Origin: an uncultured Chloroflexia bacterium
GTDB lineage: Bacteria > Chloroflexota > Limnocylindria > QHBO01
Assembly: GCA_963814375.1 (NCBI GenBank)
Contig: CAWFCQ010000003.1
Coordinates: 64,001 to 128,000 of the forward strand
DNA: 64,000 nucleotides
Reading direction: 5' to 3'
Positions 60,968 through 64,000 of the stretch are shown here, in pieces. The notes under the pieces were generated by a model. It made no database searches. It was not told where the DNA came from and worked only from the letters and a program-made list of their open reading frames with translations. How positions within the stretch are numbered: the first letter of the stretch is position 1; each line of letters starts with the position of its first letter. The position numbers were made by a program, and so were the translations under genes.

Positions 60968-63355
60968 ATGAGCTTCGGCACGACGAACGGCCACCCCACC
61001 AACGGCAATGGCGCCGGTGACGGCAAGGTCACCGACTACACGCCTATCTGGCCGATGGTGCCCGGGACCCGGAAGATCGCCGTCACCATCAACGGCGCCC
61101 AGGTCGAGGCCGAGGAGGGCCAGACCATCCTCCAGGCCTGCCGGGTGCTCGGCATCGAGGTCCCGACGCTGTGCTACGAGCCGAAGCTGGCGCCCTACGG
61201 GGCATGCCGCATCTGCGCGGTTGAGGTCGAGGGCCAGGACGACACGCCGATCTCGTGCGGTACCGCGATCACCGAGGGGATGGTCATCACCACCCACTCC
61301 GACCGGGTCGTCGAGAACCGTCGGATGGTGCTCGAGCTCATCTTCAGTGACCACGACGCGTACTGCCTGCCGCCCTGCCAGTTCAAGTGCCCGACCCGGG
61401 TCGACATTCCGGGCTACCTGAAGCAGAACACCCTGGGCAACTGGGAGGAGGCGACGCGCATCCTGAAGCGCTCCCTCCCGTTCCCGGCCATCCTCGGCCG
61501 CGTCTGCCCGGCGCCGTGCGAGACGCACTGCCGGCGCGAGGAAGTCGACACCGCCATCGCCATCCGCGACTCGCATCGGTACTGCGCCGACCGTGTGCTC
61601 GAAGTCGACGCTCCCGCGCCGATCCCGTGGCCGAAGGAGCCGGACACCGGGCGTCGAGTCGCGGTCATCGGCGCCGGCCCGGCCGGCATGAGCGTCGCCT
61701 ACTATCTCCAGCTGCGCGGGCACCACTGCGACGTCTTCGAGGCCGATCCTGAGCAGGGCGGCATGCTCCGCTACGGGATCCCGCAGTACCGCCTGCCGAA
61801 GGGCTGGATGGACCGCGAGCTCAACCACGTGTGGGAGCTGGGCGCGACCTTCCGCCCGAACATGCGGCTCGGGCGCGACTTCCATCTCGGCGACATCATC
61901 GACGAGTACGACGCGATCTACGTCGGCATCGGCTGCTACAAGCCGAACGAGCTCGGGATCCCGGGCGAGGAAGCCGACGGCATGGTCAACGCGTTGGAGA
62001 ACCTCTACAACTCGACGCGCGGAATTCCCGTGCCGCGGCTGAAGGGCGCGCGGGTGGTCGTCATCGGCGGGGGCTTCACGGCCATCGACTGCACGCGGAC
62101 CTCGGTGCGTCAGGGCGCCGCGGAGGTGACGCTCGTCTACCGCCGCGACCTGAAGGACATGCCCGCCGCGGACGAGGCGCACGAGGCGATCGAGGAGGGA
62201 GCGCGCCTCATCTTCCAGGCGGCGCCTACACGCATCGTCACCGACAACAAGAACAAGGTCACCGGCGTCGAGTTCCAGCGCATGAAGCTGGGCGAGCCGG
62301 ACGCCCAGGGCCGCCGCCGACCGGAGCCGATGCCGGGCACCGAGTTCATCGTCGAGTGCGACACCGTCCTCGGCGCCATCGGCCAGGGTCCGGAGCTGTC
62401 CTGGATCGAGTCGGAGCCCGACGAGCTCAAGGCCGGCCTCGAGGTCGACCGCCGCGGCAACCTCGTCAGCGAGGAGCACATCTTCCGCACCAACGTGCCG
62501 AAGATCTTCGCCTCCGGCGACGTGCGCACCGGCGCCGCCACCGTGGTGGAAGCGATCGGCGAGGGTCGCCGCGCCTCGTACGCGATGGACTACTGGCTGC
62601 GCGGCCACGACCTCGACGACCCGCAGGTGCGGCGCATCGTCACCGAGCCGCAGCCCAACTTCCTCACGATCGTGCCCTTCACCGACGACGTGAAGGAGCC
62701 GCGGGCGATCATGGGCAAGCAGGAGGCGGACGAGCGCAAGGGCAACTTCAACGAGTACGAGTTCGGCTACACCGGCGACCAGGCCATGGCCGAGGCGTCG
62801 CGCTGCCTCCAGTGCACCTGTGAGGCGATCGGCCACTGCGACCTGCGCGAGGCGGCGATCGAGTACGAGACGACGCTCAACATGGCGATCGACGAGCGCT
62901 CGATCCAGGACAACCCGTACGTCGGCGTCAACCACGGCTACGGCCGCGACGAGACCCACTCCTTCATCCTGCGCGACTACTCGCGCTGCATCGACTGCGG
63001 TCGATGCGCCCAGGTGTGCAAGGAGATCGTCGGCGCCGGCTGCTATGACTTCATCGGCAAGGGCTTCGACTCGCTGGTCACCACCGCCGACTACGTCAGC
63101 CTCAACGAGACGCCGTGCGTTTCCTGCGGCCGATGCGCGGAGACCTGCCCCGTCGGCGCCCTCATGCCGCGCCCGCGCATCCTCGAGACCTACCAGCTCG
63201 ACGTGTCGCGCTGCATCTTCTGCGGCATCTGCGCCGATGCCTGCCCGTACGACGCCCTGCGCTGCGGCCCCGAGTTCGAGTTCAGCGAGTATCAGCGCGA
63301 CCTGCCCATGCTCGACATCCTCGAGATGTCCGACCGGGAGCGACCTACCCGCTAG
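60968..63355 (+). CDS. NuoG-N/GltD-like FAD-NADPH/2[4Fe-4S] fusion capped by the NuoI C-terminal half
   Basis: 2Fe-2S TLC..GACRIC..SC; PPC..CP, GRVCPAPCE..C; GAGPAG; GGGFTAID..YRR; CIDCGRC/CVSCGRC; final RCIFCGICADACP.DAL..PEFE. Confidence 0.88.
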   Translation: MSFGTTNGHPTNGNGAGDGKVTDYTPIWPMVPGTRKIAVTINGAQVEAEEGQTILQACRVLGIEVPTLCYEPKLAPYGACRICAVEVEGQDDTPISCGTAITEGMVITTHSDRVVENRRMVLELIFSDHDAYCLPPCQFKCPTRVDIPGYLKQNTLGNWEEATRILKRSLPFPAILGRVCPAPCETHCRREEVDTAIAIRDSHRYCADRVLEVDAPAPIPWPKEPDTGRRVAVIGAGPAGMSVAYYLQLRGHHCDVFEADPEQGGMLRYGIPQYRLPKGWMDRELNHVWELGATFRPNMRLGRDFHLGDIIDEYDAIYVGIGCYKPNELGIPGEEADGMVNALENLYNSTRGIPVPRLKGARVVVIGGGFTAIDCTRTSVRQGAAEVTLVYRRDLKDMPAADEAHEAIEEGARLIFQAAPTRIVTDNKNKVTGVEFQRMKLGEPDAQGRRRPEPMPGTEFIVECDTVLGAIGQGPELSWIESEPDELKAGLEVDRRGNLVSEEHIFRTNVPKIFASGDVRTGAATVVEAIGEGRRASYAMDYWLRGHDLDDPQVRRIVTEPQPNFLTIVPFTDDVKEPRAIMGKQEADERKGNFNEYEFGYTGDQAMAEASRCLQCTCEAIGHCDLREAAIEYETTLNMAIDERSIQDNPYVGVNHGYGRDETHSFILRDYSRCIDCGRCAQVCKEIVGAGCYDFIGKGFDSLVTTADYVSLNETPCVSCGRCAETCPVGALMPRPRILETYQLDVSRCIFCGICADACPYDALRCGPEFEFSEYQRDLPMLDILEMSDRERPTR

Positions 63356-63385
63356 ACCGGTGCGGCGGGCGGCGTTGATGGGCTC

Positions 63386-63436
63386 CCGGAAGTGTCGGCG
63401 GCTCGCGCTTCGCTAGCTCGCCGGCGACCCTTCCGG
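63386..63436. terminator. GC-rich imperfect hairpin between convergent genes
   Basis: CCGGAAG...CTTCCGG plus inner TGTCGGCG/CGCCGGCG pairing; no U-tract. Confidence 0.35.
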
Positions 63437-63555
63437 CCGCTGCCCGAACCGCTTGGAGATCGTGTTTTATTCGATGGCGGCCGTGAGCCACCAGGTCCGC
63501 CACCGCCGTGCGCCGACCCGCGGTCCTGCGAGTAGGGGCGCGCGGGCGACTGTTC

Positions 63556-63927
63556 TCAGAACTTGTTCAGGTTGACCTGCCACTCGTCGCAGTCGCTGAC
63601 GACGGTGATGGTGTACTCGCCCTCGATCAGGTCGTTCACGAACGAGGTCGTGACGCGCTGCTGCTGCTCGTAGGTGAAGCCACCGTCGACCGAGGTGATC
63701 GAGACGACGACGTCCTCGCAGGTTGGTGCGGTGTACGAGAGGCGGTAGCGACCTGCCTGAAGCGGGAACGTCGTCCCCTCCTCGTCCTCCGACGTCGCTC
63801 TCGCGGCCTCGGGAAATTCCGAGGCGCCGTCATCGCCGCCTCCGCCACCACCACCTCCGCCGCACGCGGCGAGAAGCACGGTCAACGAAAGGAGCGCGAG
63901 CAGCGTGGTCCGTCTCAGCATCTCCAC
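63556..63927 (-). CDS. Small lipoprotein
   Basis: Lipobox LAAC, poly-Gly linker, beta-rich domain with 2 Cys; GGAGG RBS. Confidence 0.75.
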   Translation of the reverse strand: MEMLRRTTLLALLSLTVLLAACGGGGGGGGGDDGASEFPEAARATSEDEEGTTFPLQAGRYRLSYTAPTCEDVVVSITSVDGGFTYEQQQRVTTSFVNDLIEGEYTITVVSDCDEWQVNLNKF

Positions 63928-64000
63928 GGGTCCTCCTACCCTCCAGAGCTCGGGGTTGGTCCGTTACGGGGAACCGCTTTGCTGTTGTGTGCGCGCTACC

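Noticed and set aside
60968-63355. Formate dehydrogenase or [FeFe]-hydrogenase catalytic subunit
   Set aside because: No Mo-bisPGD or H-cluster motifs; the protein ends with the NuoI-like segment
63930-64000. Riboswitch upstream of the terminal lipoprotein
   Set aside because: Only a short hairpin is visible, it is cut by the window edge, and there is no recognisable consensus

Overview
Very GC-rich, gene-dense bacterial chromosome segment. Gene content and protein style suggest Chloroflexota, possibly Limnocylindria-like; this is an inference. It is mostly housekeeping: ATP-dependent ligase, galU-pknB-trxA, folC-folP-folB, rplY, pdxST, tmk, darA, nth, galE, a CCA enzyme, tRNA-Glu(TTC) and tRNA-Thr(CGT). 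It also holds two two-component/protease modules (one with moxR-DUF58-vWA), a glucosylglycerate-type cluster and a tandem pair of class III cyclases. No integrase, transposase or CRISPR array was seen. The standout is a complex I operon (nuoABCDH) with nuoI split in two: the N-half is fused to a degenerate NuoE and the C-half caps a NuoG/GltD-like NADPH-type flavo-Fe-S protein, so a NuoE-F-G/GltD (Stn/Nso-like) module sits inside nuoI. Several apparent pseudoenzymes (ligase-like, DeoC-like, NERD), two probable CTG starts and many leaderless-type promoters are also visible. A few single-base frameshifts are probably assembly errors. All family assignments are from motif recognition, not database searches.
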